Of a DNA stretch of 64,000 bases, positions 1 to 9,595 are shown piece after piece. Each line of letters starts with the position of its first letter. Position 1 is the stretch's first letter. The stretch is from a virus. The notes under the pieces were generated by a model. That model was given only the letters and a program-made list of their open reading frames with translations, had not been told where the DNA came from and ran no database searches. The position numbers were made by a program, and so were the translations under genes. The stretch is from IMG/VR virus record IMGVR_UViG_3300035086_000100, positions 35,060 through 99,059 of that record. One strand, given 5' to 3'.

Positions 1-907
1 AATCGCCTATGGCCCACGTGACCGCCTCGCGGTTGATGAGCCTGCGGGCGGCGAAGTCGTCGGCCTGCTCCATGTTGGCCTTGACCTGATCGGCTGACAA
101 GTCGTTGCCGATGTACCGACGCCCGGTCATTGCGGCCATGAGGCCACGCACGGAGCCGCCGGCGAACGGATCAATCACGGTACCCTCGCGCGGGCAGAAC
201 CAGCGGTAGGCGAGTTCGCATAGCACTGGATCGAAGATGCTTACCGTGCCGCCTTCGGTCGCATCTGTCTTCAGGCGGCTCGGCCCTCGATCGGCCGCCG
301 CGCTGAAGTCAATCAGGCTCCCGTCGCGGCCGACCTCAGACTTCAGCCCGAGATCAGCCCATGCCCTCTTGCGGTCTCGCCACCAGCCTTGCCGGGAGTC
401 GAGTACGTCGAAGGGCGGGATCAGGAAACGGTCGGCCAGGGACGGGCGATCCTCCGGGCCGTCACCATGACCCGAGCCCTCGCCGCCGCCGGATTCGTCC
501 CGGCCCAGCAGATCGGCAATGTCATCCAGATCATGGACCGAGTAGCCGGTGCCGTCTAGATCGCCGTCTAGCGCGGCAAGCAGTTCCGCGAGGGCCTGGG
601 TGTCATCCTCTGCCAAGTCCGCTAGGCGGTTGTCCGCTAGATTCACTCTTCGCGCTTCGTCATCGGTGCAGGTGATGACCTCGCACCGCACCGTCTCGTG
701 ACCTTCGGCCTGAAGCGCGTCAGCGGTGTGATTCCCGGCCAGGATCACCAGGCCCGAGCCGGTGTCGCGGACGACGATGGCGCGGTACTGGCCGAGGCGG
801 CGCACCGAGGAGCGGATCTCGCCGACGTTGCCGCGCCGGGCGTTGCCGGGGAACCGCGCCAGGTCCGCTACGGCTATGTCGCGTGTCCCCGCTGGAGTGA
901 CGGCCAC
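1..907 (-). CDS. ParB/Srx N-terminal domain + DNA methyltransferase fusion (3' end runs off window)
   Basis: Not in the ORF track; hand translation from GTG 907 (RBS GGGGAGG): FPGNARRGNV..ILAGNHT..NLADNR (ParB-like), then SIFDPVLCELAYRWFCP..IDPFAGGSVRG (SAM-binding motif). Confidence 0.85.
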   Translation of the reverse strand, partial: MAVTPAGTRDIAVADLARFPGNARRGNVGEIRSSVRRLGQYRAIVVRDTGSGLVILAGNHTADALQAEGHETVRCEVITCTDDEARRVNLADNRLADLAEDDTQALAELLAALDGDLDGTGYSVHDLDDIADLLGRDESGGGEGSGHGDGPEDRPSLADRFLIPPFDVLDSRQGWWRDRKRAWADLGLKSEVGRDGSLIDFSAAADRGPSRLKTDATEGGTVSIFDPVLCELAYRWFCPREGTVIDPFAGGSVRGLMAAMTGRRYIGNDLSADQVKANMEQADDFAARRLINREAVTWAIGD

Positions 908-957
908 GCAGCCTCCCCGCTTGCCGGCCGGTGGGCGATGCTGACTTGCCGCAGGTC

Positions 958-1013
958 AAAACGTTGAATGGATGACTTGACAACGTTTAGCTAGAAGCGT
1001 AGATTCAACCTTG
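958..1013 (+). promoter_or_regulatory. Sigma70-type promoter with overlapping operator repeats
   Basis: TTGACA 977-982, 17 bp, TAGATT 1000-1005; AAACGTTGAAT (958-968) has inverted partners CAACGTTT (981-988) and ATTCAACCTTG (1003-1013). Confidence 0.65.
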
Positions 1014-1045
1014 CAGGAACATCCCGACAACGAAAGTGGTCCCCG

Positions 1046-1351
1046 GTGAACATCACCCGCGAGCAGCTAGACGACATCCTCGACGCGGCCGAACTATACG
1101 AGGCCGACGACGACAGCTACGACAGCGACGGCCACGTCACCGTCACCAGTGACTATTCCGGTCGCGGCATGTACGGCGCGGCCTGCCTCGGTTTCACGGT
1201 TTCGCACCTTGCCGACGCATTCAAGATCGCCGTCGCGATGGGCGGCGTCCTCGGAGCCGACGAGGCCCGCGAGATCGCCGGCAAGGCCCGCAGCGACAGC
1301 ATGGGCCGCGACGTGATCGTCTACTTCCCCGGAGTCACCCTCGATGCCTGA
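1046..1351 (+). CDS. Hypothetical phage protein
   Basis: Acidic 101-aa ORF (YSGRGMYG motif) downstream of the promoter, high GC3. Confidence 0.75.
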   Translation: MNITREQLDDILDAAELYEADDDSYDSDGHVTVTSDYSGRGMYGAACLGFTVSHLADAFKIAVAMGGVLGADEAREIAGKARSDSMGRDVIVYFPGVTLDA

Positions 1352-1574
1352 GCCGGTCATCTACCACGGCGCCGCAGAACTTGCGGCGCTGTTCGGCGTG
1401 AAGCCCGGAACAATCGACACGTGGCGGAAACGCTACCCGGACTTCCCCGAGCCGGACGCCTTCACCGGGCGCGTAGCCGGGTGGCTGCCGTCCCGTGAGG
1501 CCGAGATGCGGGCGTGGCGCGCATCCCGGCCGGGGCGGGGCGCGGGCGGGGGCAGACCGCGCAGGGTGAGCTAG
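1344..1574 (+). CDS. AlpA/MerR-like HTH DNA-binding protein
   Basis: GAAELAALFGVKPGTIDTWRKR..FPEP..W; C-terminal GGRP hook. Confidence 0.8.
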   Translation: MPEPVIYHGAAELAALFGVKPGTIDTWRKRYPDFPEPDAFTGRVAGWLPSREAEMRAWRASRPGRGAGGGRPRRVS

Positions 1575-2101
1575 TTCGAGACGCCCGCGTTGCCTACCTG
1601 GGCGGGCGGGGCCGGGGGCACGAGTCCCTGAACCGCAGCCACGCCCGCAGTGACCGATGCGGCAGCGGCGACCAGGCCCGGCGTGGTCCCGTCCGGGGAG
1701 CCGTTCACCAGCGCGTCCAGGCCGGACAGGTCCAGGGTCGGGTTCTGCGCCTGAAGCGCCGCGATCTCCGCCGCTACCTGCTCCACCGCCGACGTGTTGG
1801 CTACCTCAGCGGCCTGGATGTCAGCGAGTGCCCCGCCGAGTGCCTGCACGTCAGCGTCAAGGTTTTCCTGCGTCATGATGATCTTCTCCAGTTTGGCGTC
1901 TATCGCTACGAGGGCGGCGAGGATTCCGGCCGCCGGGGACGGTACGGGCGGGGGGTCGGGGGCGCAGCGGGACAGGTGCTCGTCGAACGCCGACGCGGTG
2001 CGCAGCACGATCTCGGCGCCGTAGTCGCAGCCCGCGTACAGCTCGACGGCCAGCCGCAGCCCTTCCCGGGTCGGGGGGACGTGCCTGTCGGAATCGGTCA
2101 C
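1571..2101 (-). CDS. Hypothetical coiled-coil protein
   Basis: GTGA overlap with upstream gene; Ala-rich heptads. Confidence 0.6.
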   Translation of the reverse strand: MTDSDRHVPPTREGLRLAVELYAGCDYGAEIVLRTASAFDEHLSRCAPDPPPVPSPAAGILAALVAIDAKLEKIIMTQENLDADVQALGGALADIQAAEVANTSAVEQVAAEIAALQAQNPTLDLSGLDALVNGSPDGTTPGLVAAAASVTAGVAAVQGLVPPAPPAQVGNAGVSN

Positions 2102-2274
2102 GGGCGGGGCCGGCGCCACGGGTACCAGCCGGCGGCCTGGGACAAGGCCAGCAGGATCAGGCCCGCGAGCGTGAAGTCTGCGGTGAGGTCCGCGGTTCCG
2201 TGCCCGGCGACCTTGAGGATCAGGGCGATGGCGAAGGCCAGGGCTGCCGCTACGGCGACGGTGATGGCGAGCAC
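2098..2274 (-). CDS. Small membrane protein (58 aa, 2 TM)
   Basis: Hand translation VLAITVAVAAALAFAIALIL..FTLAGLILLALS; RBS AGGAG. Confidence 0.6.
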   Translation of the reverse strand: MLAITVAVAAALAFAIALILKVAGHGTADLTADFTLAGLILLALSQAAGWYPWRRPRP

Positions 2275-2283
2275 GGGAGCCTC

Positions 2284-2490
2284 CTACGCGGCGCGGGTCC
2301 GGCGCATCCGGGCGGCGACCTTCGCTATCTCGTTGTAGTCATAGGCCGGCCACCTGCCGAGCTGCCCGAGCGGCTCGATGCCGTTGCGGTCGATCCAGGT
2401 CCGCACCGTCGACGGGGGCACGCCCAGGATCCGGGCGGCGCGGGTGGGCGTGACCAGGTCATCGGGGTGCAGGGTGGCGCGGGGGGGCAT
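2284..2490 (-). CDS. MerR/excisionase-like HTH protein
   Basis: LVTPTRAARILGVPPSTVRTWIDR. Confidence 0.75.
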   Translation of the reverse strand: MPPRATLHPDDLVTPTRAARILGVPPSTVRTWIDRNGIEPLGQLGRWPAYDYNEIAKVAARMRRTRAA

Positions 2491-2610
2491 AGGCACCCCC
2501 AACGCCGCGAAGGCCCGCAGGCAAGCGCGGCGGCGGCATGCATGCGGGCACAACTGTGTTACGGGCGCTAGCGTCTCACTCTCTGTAGCGCAAGTCAACA
2601 CGGTCCGTGA

Positions 2611-3468
2611 TCAGGCGGCTTGGCGCTGCCTTCGGTGCTCGGCCTCCAGTGCCGCCATCTGAGCCTGGTACACACGCGCCATCAGGAGGGTGAACTGCTG
2701 GCCGGCGTAAGCCTGCGGGCACGCCGTGCACCTCACTATTTCCTCCCATCCGCCCTCCCGTGCCTCGTACTGCACCAGCGTCAGCGCATCGCAGCCGTAC
2801 CCGTCGCACGCCACTTCGGTGATGCGGCGGCGCTGCCGGTTCAGGCCCAGCATGCCCCGTGCTCTCCCGGCGATGGCCAGGAACTCAAGCCCCGCGTCGG
2901 TGCCGCCCATCTCGCGGAACTCCCACGCGTCCCCCGCCGAGTCGAAGAACAGCACCAGGCCCGGGTTCGTCTCCGCCAGTTCGGCCAGCCGCGACGGGGA
3001 GGCGTAGCGGGATTTCGGTTCCGGTTCCAGGGACAGCAGCGTGTCCAGGTGCCCGTCCGGCCCCAGGGTCCGGCACGCGTCCGATAGCGCTTTCCCGTCC
3101 CGGCGCTGGCCGGCAGGGTAGTCCGACAGCCGGGCGACCGCCCTGCTTTGCTCTTCCCACCCGACCGCGACCAGCACCATCTCCCGCATGAACGCCTCCA
3201 CGTCCGCCGCCACGGGGATGGGTGCCTCGCGTGACCCGGATACCCGTTCCCCTGCCTGGCCGGTCCTGGGCAGCATCAGGGCCAGGTTCGCGTACGCTTC
3301 GGGGAGCCAGCCGATCGTGCGGCCGATCCAGTCGCGGCAGGTCAGGCAGAACGCCCGGGGGCAGAGCGCGGCGTTGCCCTGGTAGTCGGCTTCCGCGCAT
3401 CTCCGTCCGTTCGCGCAGGGGGTTCCGGAGTCGTTTTCCCCGTCGATGTCCGGGCCGTACCGTGCCAT
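2611..3468 (-). CDS. Zn-finger protein, probable phage late-gene activator
   Basis: N- and C-terminal Cys clusters, ERVSGSREAPIP motif; size and position before late genes typical of actinophage late regulators. Confidence 0.6.
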   Translation of the reverse strand: MARYGPDIDGENDSGTPCANGRRCAEADYQGNAALCPRAFCLTCRDWIGRTIGWLPEAYANLALMLPRTGQAGERVSGSREAPIPVAADVEAFMREMVLVAVGWEEQSRAVARLSDYPAGQRRDGKALSDACRTLGPDGHLDTLLSLEPEPKSRYASPSRLAELAETNPGLVLFFDSAGDAWEFREMGGTDAGLEFLAIAGRARGMLGLNRQRRRITEVACDGYGCDALTLVQYEAREGGWEEIVRCTACPQAYAGQQFTLLMARVYQAQMAALEAEHRRQRQAA

Positions 3469-3632
3469 GGGCGATCACTCCCGGTGCGCATTGGATGCAC
3501 AGAGAGTAACGCGCCGAGAGGGCGGGGATCAGCGGCGGCGTAGTTCACGTGCAGCAGCAGACCGAGCTTGCAGCGCTGCTCAGGCGTCAGCGGCGGAGCC
3601 TTGTCGACCAGTGCGCGGATGTAGTCGTCCAT
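3342..3632 (-). CDS. Small hypothetical protein
   Basis: YIRALVDKAPPLTPEQR motif common in actinophage small ORFs; 3' part overlaps the next gene, so the end is doubtful. Confidence 0.4.
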   Translation of the reverse strand: MDDYIRALVDKAPPLTPEQRCKLGLLLHVNYAAADPRPLGALLSVHPMRTGSDRPWHGTARTSTGKTTPEPPARTDGDARKPTTRATPRSAPGRSA

Positions 3633-3648
3633 CGGCCAGCGGTGACAG

Positions 3649-4134
3649 TCAGACTTCCATGATCCTCGGCGCGTCCGGCGACTCGTCAGCCAGCATCGAG
3701 GCGAACTGGTCCAGCATCGCGGTCTCGGACGGCTTCAGCTCTCCCCGGCCCACCCGGGCTATCGCGTCCTTCCACCGCTCGGACATGTTCACCGGCTCTA
3801 CCGCCGTCGCCGCCAGCGCGTTCACGATCCGGGGATCGGTACCCTCAGGCACGCGGAACCGGAACGTGCAGTAGGTCGGGTCGAAGTCGTCGTCAGCATC
3901 GCAGATGCAGTCCGGGTGCGCCGCGAGCGCGTCATTGACGGCCTTGTAGTCCGCGCGGTTCGGCCCGCCGGTCCTGGTGTACACCGCGATCACCGGGCCG
4001 TCCTCGCCTCGCTCGGCCCACGCGTCCCGGAACCGGGCTACCTCCGGGTTGCCGAGCAGGCCCAGCAGCAGCGCTCCCCGCTCGGCCTGCTTCCCGTCAC
4101 CCAGCACCACGTCGTAGAGGCCCATGGGCGCCAT
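3649..4134 (-). CDS. Hypothetical phage protein
   Basis: High GC3; RFRD..VYTRTGGPNR..DDDFDPTY. Confidence 0.75.
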   Translation of the reverse strand: MAPMGLYDVVLGDGKQAERGALLLGLLGNPEVARFRDAWAERGEDGPVIAVYTRTGGPNRADYKAVNDALAAHPDCICDADDDFDPTYCTFRFRVPEGTDPRIVNALAATAVEPVNMSERWKDAIARVGRGELKPSETAMLDQFASMLADESPDAPRIMEV

Positions 4135-4315
4135 GATGCCGCAGGCGGGGAGCGGTTTTCAGCCGGCCGGCCTTACGTCCGGCACTCGCACGGAACAGCC
4201 CGGAGTAGCCCCTAGCGGTGCGTGGCGTACCTGACGGCGCACACAAGGAAGCGGCGGGGGGTGCCCATGACCTCGAGGCTCCCACCGCCGCCGGATTCGC
4301 GGAGTACGTCACGCA

Positions 4316-4609
4316 CTATGCGGCCCTTGCCCGCCGTTTCAGTCCCTTACGCTGATTCGGGCTCAACCCCCCGTAGACACCCCAGCGCTCGTCATGCTCC
4401 AGCGCGAACTCAAGGCAGGGTGTTCTCACGGGACAAGCCCGGCATACCTGCTTGGCTGCCCTGGTCCCGCCGCCCTTTTCCGGATAGAAAATTTCGGGAT
4501 CAGTCTCGGCGCACAGCGCGAGGTCTTGCCACGCCGGTCCCTGTGCGTTCACGTCCGGTCCGATGCCGGGATCGCCGGGCATGATCCTGATGATTTCGTC
4601 CATCGTCAT
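4316..4609 (-). CDS. whiB: WhiB family Fe-S transcription factor
   Basis: WQDLALC..DPEIFYP..AKQVCRACPVRTPCLEFAL..GVYGGLS; four conserved Cys. Confidence 0.95.
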   Translation of the reverse strand: MTMDEIIRIMPGDPGIGPDVNAQGPAWQDLALCAETDPEIFYPEKGGGTRAAKQVCRACPVRTPCLEFALEHDERWGVYGGLSPNQRKGLKRRARAA

Positions 4610-4621
4610 TCCTTAACTTGC

Positions 4622-5287
4622 CTAGCGGACCGCGCTGTACCCGAGGAACGCCAGCAGGATCACCAGCGCGGGCGTGACGACCAGCACCTCAGGGCGAGTT
4701 GCCGTAGTGAAAGCAAACGGCTCGGGCAGCAGCCTGAACCGGTACCGGGAGAACGGCAGCAGCAGCGGGCAGCCTGAGTCCGTGCACATGTCCCCGGTGA
4801 TGTGGGTGGCGCATCCCAGCCCCACCGCGAGCGCTACGAGGGACAGGCCGGTACCGGTGGCTGTCATCGCGACCGCCCCGCCGATAGCGAGAGCATCGGA
4901 CCAGTGGCCGCCGAGCCGCAGCGCGATCAGCGCCCCGGCCAGGATGAGCGTCAGCAGCACGCCGAGCCCGATGCGTCCGGCAGTGTCGTGCCGGTACTGC
5001 ACCGCCAGCCACGCCAGGACCGTGAACACCGCGACGCCGATGAGCGTGTGGGTGCCGTGCCGGTGCCCGCCGGAGACCTTGCCTACCAGCCAGGCGAACG
5101 AGTGCGTCGCGAAGCCGAACGAGCGGGCCAGGGTGGAGTTCGGGTGATCGATGTCCGGGAGTACCGCCGCGCCGGCAGTCAGGCCGGCCATGAGCGCGGC
5201 CTGCGGGAGCGGCAGGTGCAGGACGTAGATGCTCGCTGCCGAGCCCGTCACCGCGCCGGAGAGCGCATGGGTATGCCCGAGGCACAT
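4622..5287 (-). CDS. YdjM-like membrane metal-dependent hydrolase
   Basis: THALSG, LPDIDH, HRHGTH, HITGD..T..G motifs; several TM helices. Confidence 0.85.
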   Translation of the reverse strand: MCLGHTHALSGAVTGSAASIYVLHLPLPQAALMAGLTAGAAVLPDIDHPNSTLARSFGFATHSFAWLVGKVSGGHRHGTHTLIGVAVFTVLAWLAVQYRHDTAGRIGLGVLLTLILAGALIALRLGGHWSDALAIGGAVAMTATGTGLSLVALAVGLGCATHITGDMCTDSGCPLLLPFSRYRFRLLPEPFAFTTATRPEVLVVTPALVILLAFLGYSAVR

Positions 5288-5289
5288 GG

Positions 5290-5580
5290 CTAGCCGGCCG
5301 CGATAACGATTATGTCGGTCGGGTGGGCTGGCCAGCAGCCATCAGGGTCATCGTCGGCCACGATGTACACGGTCCGCTCGCCGTTCTCGCCGTGCTCCTG
5401 GTAGTCCGCTTCCGTGATCACCGGCCAGCGGCCTGACCTGTCGGGCATGACTCCCATCCGGTGGCCGCCGACCAGGATCATCCCGGGCTTGGCCTCCCCT
5501 GCCGTGATCCGCTTCACCGGGAAACCGGGCTTCCCTGTCATTCCGGCCGCCGTCCGCAGCCTGTTCGCGAGCCTGCTCAT
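5290..5580 (-). CDS. Hypothetical protein
   Basis: ATG 5580 with RBS GGGAGA; in operon. Confidence 0.55.
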   Translation of the reverse strand: MSRLANRLRTAAGMTGKPGFPVKRITAGEAKPGMILVGGHRMGVMPDRSGRWPVITEADYQEHGENGERTVYIVADDDPDGCWPAHPTDIIVIAAG

Positions 5581-5593
5581 CGGTTTCTCCCCT

Positions 5594-7819
5594 TCAGTTC
5601 TCTGCGTTGACGAGCGACCGGTACCGGCCACCGCCGAGGTCTTCGGCCACGCCGACCGCTACCAGGTTGCGGAGCGCCTGATCAGCGGAGAACGCGTCCG
5701 TGTCGGCCATCTGCGACACGTCATACAGATCCATCACGCCCCTGCTGGCCAGCCATGCGGCCAGCAGAGGGACGGTGACGGGCTTCGACTCCGGCGGCTG
5801 CGGCAGGTCACCCGAGTCGTGTCGACGGGGCGCGGGCGCATCCTGGGCGGGCGGCGACCAGCGCGGCCCGGCACCCGGTCCGCTGACGACACGGCGAAGC
5901 TCGGCGGTCACCGCGAACGGCAACTGGGAGTCCTTGACGCCATCCGGCAGCGCGGCTATCGCCTCGATCAACTGCGAGCCGTCCAGCACCGACAGCCGGC
6001 CGCCCCACCCGAGCGGCCTGATGACCGCCTCGATCTCGGGGCCGAGTTCCACCACGTCGAGGGAGATCTTCTCGGCCAGTTCCCGCACGTCCGGGCCGTC
6101 CTCGCCCGGCTTGACGTACTCGGGCAGGTGCTTGGTCCGCATCGTCGTAGACGGCCGGTTGTCCGTGCCGTGCAGAAAGCCAAGCCCGTGCACGCCGGGG
6201 GCCAGCGCCGACGTGTCGCCCTGCACGCCCAGCATGTGCTTGCTTAGCCCGTCCGTGCGGTGAGACAGGACATTGAACGCCTTCAGCAATTCGCGGATCG
6301 CCCGCAGGCCCAGTTCGGTGAGGTCCGGCATCTGGACGACCACCTTGACTTTCACGCCGACCTTGCGGCCCTCCATGATGATCGCGGCGACCAGCGGAAT
6401 CGCGATCTTCGACAGCACCGGGTCGCGGACGATCTTCGGCCACTCGTCGATCGTCACGTCGATGATCGGGTTCTCCGGGGTCGGGTCGAACGAGCCCTTG
6501 CCGGTGTTGACCCTGCCCAGGTGGTCGGTCCAGGTCTGGTCGCCGAACCGGGCGGCGCGGTCGCACATGAGAGCGTGCGCCATGATGATCATCTGCACGC
6601 ACGCCTCAAGGCCCCATGCCATCTGGTCGGCGAAGCCCTTCCAGACCGCGAGGGGCTGGCGCTGCGGGTCACCCATCCACAGGGCAATGATCCGCTTGCC
6701 GTCGACCTTCGCCTGGCCTTCCTCGCAGGCGATGACCAGCAGGGAGCCCGTCTTGCCGGATCCCTGCTGGCCGGCCAGGATCCCGGCGGCGACTCCCGAC
6801 CCGGGTATGTGCAGCAGCCAGTGAGCGTCCTCGCCGTCCGCGTACCGCCCGATCCTGACCTTCCCTGTCGCCGGGTCATACGTCGACTTGCCGTCCCACT
6901 TGTCAGCCCGGTTCCACGCGTTCTTGCGGGTCAGAACCGTCACGATCGCCCGCCGCTCCGACCGGTCCGCCGTGTACTCCACGGTGACCTGGTCCCTGCT
7001 CACGTCGAACTGGGCGGCGACCTTCGGGATCAGCGCGAACAAGTCGCCTGTCGTGGTTTCCGACCCGGCGGGCAGCTCGATTTCCAGCGCGAACCCGTCT
7101 TTCACGTCCCGCAGAGAATGGAACCGGGCGCCCTTGCACGGGCCTGACTGCCCGAACCTGGCACTGAACGCCGTCAGCCTCGGGTCAGGAGGAGGGGGAG
7201 CAGCCGGCGCGGGCGCGGGCGGCTCAGGCGGGGGCTCGGGCCGCTTGCGCGCCCGGTACAGGCCGGGAGCGGCGACGGCCAGGCCGCCGCCGAGCATCAC
7301 GAGCTGGCCCCAGCCGTTCAGGACACCCGCAGCGGTCCCTGCCGCCATGGCGGTGCAGCACGCCGCGCACGACGCCCAGGCGGCCTGCCTGCGCGCCCGT
7401 GCCCGGCCCAGCCTGCGCGCCGACGCGCCGTCAGCGGCGAGCCGGGCGGAGATCCTCGCGTGTCGCACCGCCACCCTGACCGCAGCGACCGTGCACGGGG
7501 CAGCGACCAGGGCGTAACCCCACGGCCAGCCGATCGCGTGGCCGCCGGCAACGAGGCCGTCCGCGCCGGCTACCGCGGACAGCGAGGCCAGCGCCCGGTG
7601 CTGGCGCAGGTAGGCGGCCGGGGCGCTGCCCGGCGGGGTGAACTCGGGCGGGTCCGGGTCCGGGCACGGCTTCGACACGGCGCTCTTGCCGCCGGCGGGC
7701 TTCTTCGCGGTCGGTGCCATGGTTCCGGGTCTCCTGCCGTCCTCTTGCGGTTCGGGCCTGATGGCTTCCGCGTCCCCCGCCCGGCTTCGATCCTGCCGGG
7801 CGGGGGACGCGCACGTCAC
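5594..7819 (-). CDS. traB: TraB-type FtsK/SpoIIIE conjugative DNA translocase (alternative start 7720)
   Basis: N-terminal TM helices, Walker A GQQGSGKT, Walker B VTIDE, EGRKVG arginine-finger motif, C-terminal winged helix. Confidence 0.85.
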   Translation of the reverse strand: MTCASPARQDRSRAGDAEAIRPEPQEDGRRPGTMAPTAKKPAGGKSAVSKPCPDPDPPEFTPPGSAPAAYLRQHRALASLSAVAGADGLVAGGHAIGWPWGYALVAAPCTVAAVRVAVRHARISARLAADGASARRLGRARARRQAAWASCAACCTAMAAGTAAGVLNGWGQLVMLGGGLAVAAPGLYRARKRPEPPPEPPAPAPAAPPPPDPRLTAFSARFGQSGPCKGARFHSLRDVKDGFALEIELPAGSETTTGDLFALIPKVAAQFDVSRDQVTVEYTADRSERRAIVTVLTRKNAWNRADKWDGKSTYDPATGKVRIGRYADGEDAHWLLHIPGSGVAAGILAGQQGSGKTGSLLVIACEEGQAKVDGKRIIALWMGDPQRQPLAVWKGFADQMAWGLEACVQMIIMAHALMCDRAARFGDQTWTDHLGRVNTGKGSFDPTPENPIIDVTIDEWPKIVRDPVLSKIAIPLVAAIIMEGRKVGVKVKVVVQMPDLTELGLRAIRELLKAFNVLSHRTDGLSKHMLGVQGDTSALAPGVHGLGFLHGTDNRPSTTMRTKHLPEYVKPGEDGPDVRELAEKISLDVVELGPEIEAVIRPLGWGGRLSVLDGSQLIEAIAALPDGVKDSQLPFAVTAELRRVVSGPGAGPRWSPPAQDAPAPRRHDSGDLPQPPESKPVTVPLLAAWLASRGVMDLYDVSQMADTDAFSADQALRNLVAVGVAEDLGGGRYRSLVNAEN

Positions 7820-8139
7820 CGGCCAGTGCGGGCCTCGTCGGCGTACTGCTTGTGCGGGGTGTTCTCCGGCCCTCCGGCCGCGGCGACAGCCTCGCCGACC
7901 GGGACCTGGGTGTCGTTGACGGTGTCGGTCATCCGGATCCCGGACGCGACAAGGTCGGTGATCTCGGCCTGGAACACGCGGATCGCGGCGGCCTGCGACA
8001 GGTCGCCGTTGTCGGCCTCCACCTGGGCGGCCATCGTGTCGAGCAGGTCACGCAACTGCTGAAGCCGGGTAATGCAGGCGCCGGCCCAGGCAAGCCAGGC
8101 GGCATGAGTGTTCGTCTCGCCGATCAGCGGGGCAGTCAT
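7816..8139 (-). CDS. 107-aa helical hairpin protein (TraA-like)
   Basis: RBS GAGGGAG; colinear paralogue of the C-terminus of the upstream gene. Confidence 0.75.
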   Translation of the reverse strand: MTAPLIGETNTHAAWLAWAGACITRLQQLRDLLDTMAAQVEADNGDLSQAAAIRVFQAEITDLVASGIRMTDTVNDTQVPVGEAVAAAGGPENTPHKQYADEARTGR

Positions 8140-8164
8140 TGGTTCTCCCTCAGGTAGTGGTCGT

Positions 8165-9595
8165 CTACATCTCGGCGTAGTAATCCGGGTCGGCCACCTC
8201 GTCGGAGCCGCCGGCGCCCTGGACCGCGTCCACGTACGGGTCCTGGTGCTGGTTGACTTCCTCGACCAGGTTCCGGCCGTGGGACATCACGGCGGTGACC
8301 TGGTCAAGCCAGGCGGTCACCGCCGCCATGTGCTCCCGGCCGGCGCTCTTCGCGCTCAGGCACTTCAGCGTGTTCTCCGCCGACTGGGCGATGCCTTCGA
8401 GCGCGGCGTCGATCGCGCTGGTCAGCCCTTCCCAGTCGGCCTGGGTGTGCAGTTCACCGTCAGGCGCGCACGTCATCGGGTCTCCTTGCGGTTGCGGCGG
8501 TGCAGCCTGACCGGGCTGCGTCGGCCCTGCCGGGGCATCCGGCGGGGAATTCTGGGCGGCAGCCTCCTGCGCGATCCGGCCGGCTTCGGCGGCCAGGAAC
8601 TCGGCGTCGCCAGCGGTCAGCGGCATCTCGTTGCCGTCCGCGTCCACGGGGGTTCCCGCGGCGGCCAGTTCGGCTGGCTGGCGTTCCCTGACTGCCCCGT
8701 CCGGGTAGCGGGCCGGGATGCGGGTGATGACGCCGTCCTTGCTGCTCGTGCCGCCGTACCCGCAGTACAGGCAGATGTCGGCGTTGGTGGCATTCACCAC
8801 GTACCAGGTGCTTCTGGGCATGAGCTGGCGGTTGCAGCCCGGCTCGGAGCAGATCCTGACCGGCAGTTTCCATCGGGCCGGGTCTGCGCCCTCGCGGCTG
8901 ACTGGCAGGCCCTGGTAGTCCGGGCACAGCAGGCAGCCCGGATTCACGCACGCGAAGCCGGCCAGCGGCTTGCCGCAGCGGACGCAGCGCGGCGCCGGGA
9001 CTGCCCCGGGTTCCGGGTCGCCCACGATCTCCGCGTCGGGAATCTCGTCGTCGGGGGGCAAGTCGCCGTCCCGCATGGCGGGCGGGGCTTCCTCCGCATG
9101 CTCTGCGACGGCCGGACGGCTGGCACCCGGACGGCATGAGCCGCACAGCCCGTCTTTCAGGGCCGTGACAGCGGCGATGCCGCCGCACTGGCCGCACACC
9201 CCGATCCGCAGCAGCCGGGGGCGCTCGCCGTCCCGCAGGCGCTTCCTGGCCTCGCCGTAGGCGTACTTCCCGCCCCGCCATGCCGCTCCGGCGATCCGGC
9301 GCACGATCCCGGCGCCGTTGCGGAACAGCCTGCGGCGGCGCATCGCCGCGCGAACGGCCCTGGCGGTCCTCATCGCCGCCCACGCCCAGAACGCCGGGTA
9401 GAAGGCGCCGCGCTTGCGGTCCTCTTCAAGCCGTTTCGCGAGCGCCGCGCCCGCCTTGGTTCCCTTGTCCTTCAGGGCCTGGAGTACCGCCGCGCGGACC
9501 GTGCGGCCCTCGGCCACGGCCTGCCAGATCCCGGCCTTGCCGGCGGCGTGCACGACCAGCCACGCCACCAGCATCGGCATGAGGACGACCATCAT
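8165..9595 (-). CDS. TraA-like protein: N-terminal TM/basic region, three Cys clusters, C-terminal helical hairpin (possible internal start 8476)
   Basis: RBS AAGGGAG; CxxC pairs; internal AAGGAGA-5nt-ATG. Confidence 0.7.
   Translation of the reverse strand: MMVVLMPMLVAWLVVHAAGKAGIWQAVAEGRTVRAAVLQALKDKGTKAGAALAKRLEEDRKRGAFYPAFWAWAAMRTARAVRAAMRRRRLFRNGAGIVRRIAGAAWRGGKYAYGEARKRLRDGERPRLLRIGVCGQCGGIAAVTALKDGLCGSCRPGASRPAVAEHAEEAPPAMRDGDLPPDDEIPDAEIVGDPEPGAVPAPRCVRCGKPLAGFACVNPGCLLCPDYQGLPVSREGADPARWKLPVRICSEPGCNRQLMPRSTWYVVNATNADICLYCGYGGTSSKDGVITRIPARYPDGAVRERQPAELAAAGTPVDADGNEMPLTAGDAEFLAAEAGRIAQEAAAQNSPPDAPAGPTQPGQAAPPQPQGDPMTCAPDGELHTQADWEGLTSAIDAALEGIAQSAENTLKCLSAKSAGREHMAAVTAWLDQVTAVMSHGRNLVEEVNQHQDPYVDAVQGAGGSDEVADPDYYAEM

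Noticed and set aside
7725-7732. Single GACCCGGA (pSVH1-type TraB recognition 8-mer) near the traB start
   Set aside because: One copy is expected by chance; clt loci are clusters.
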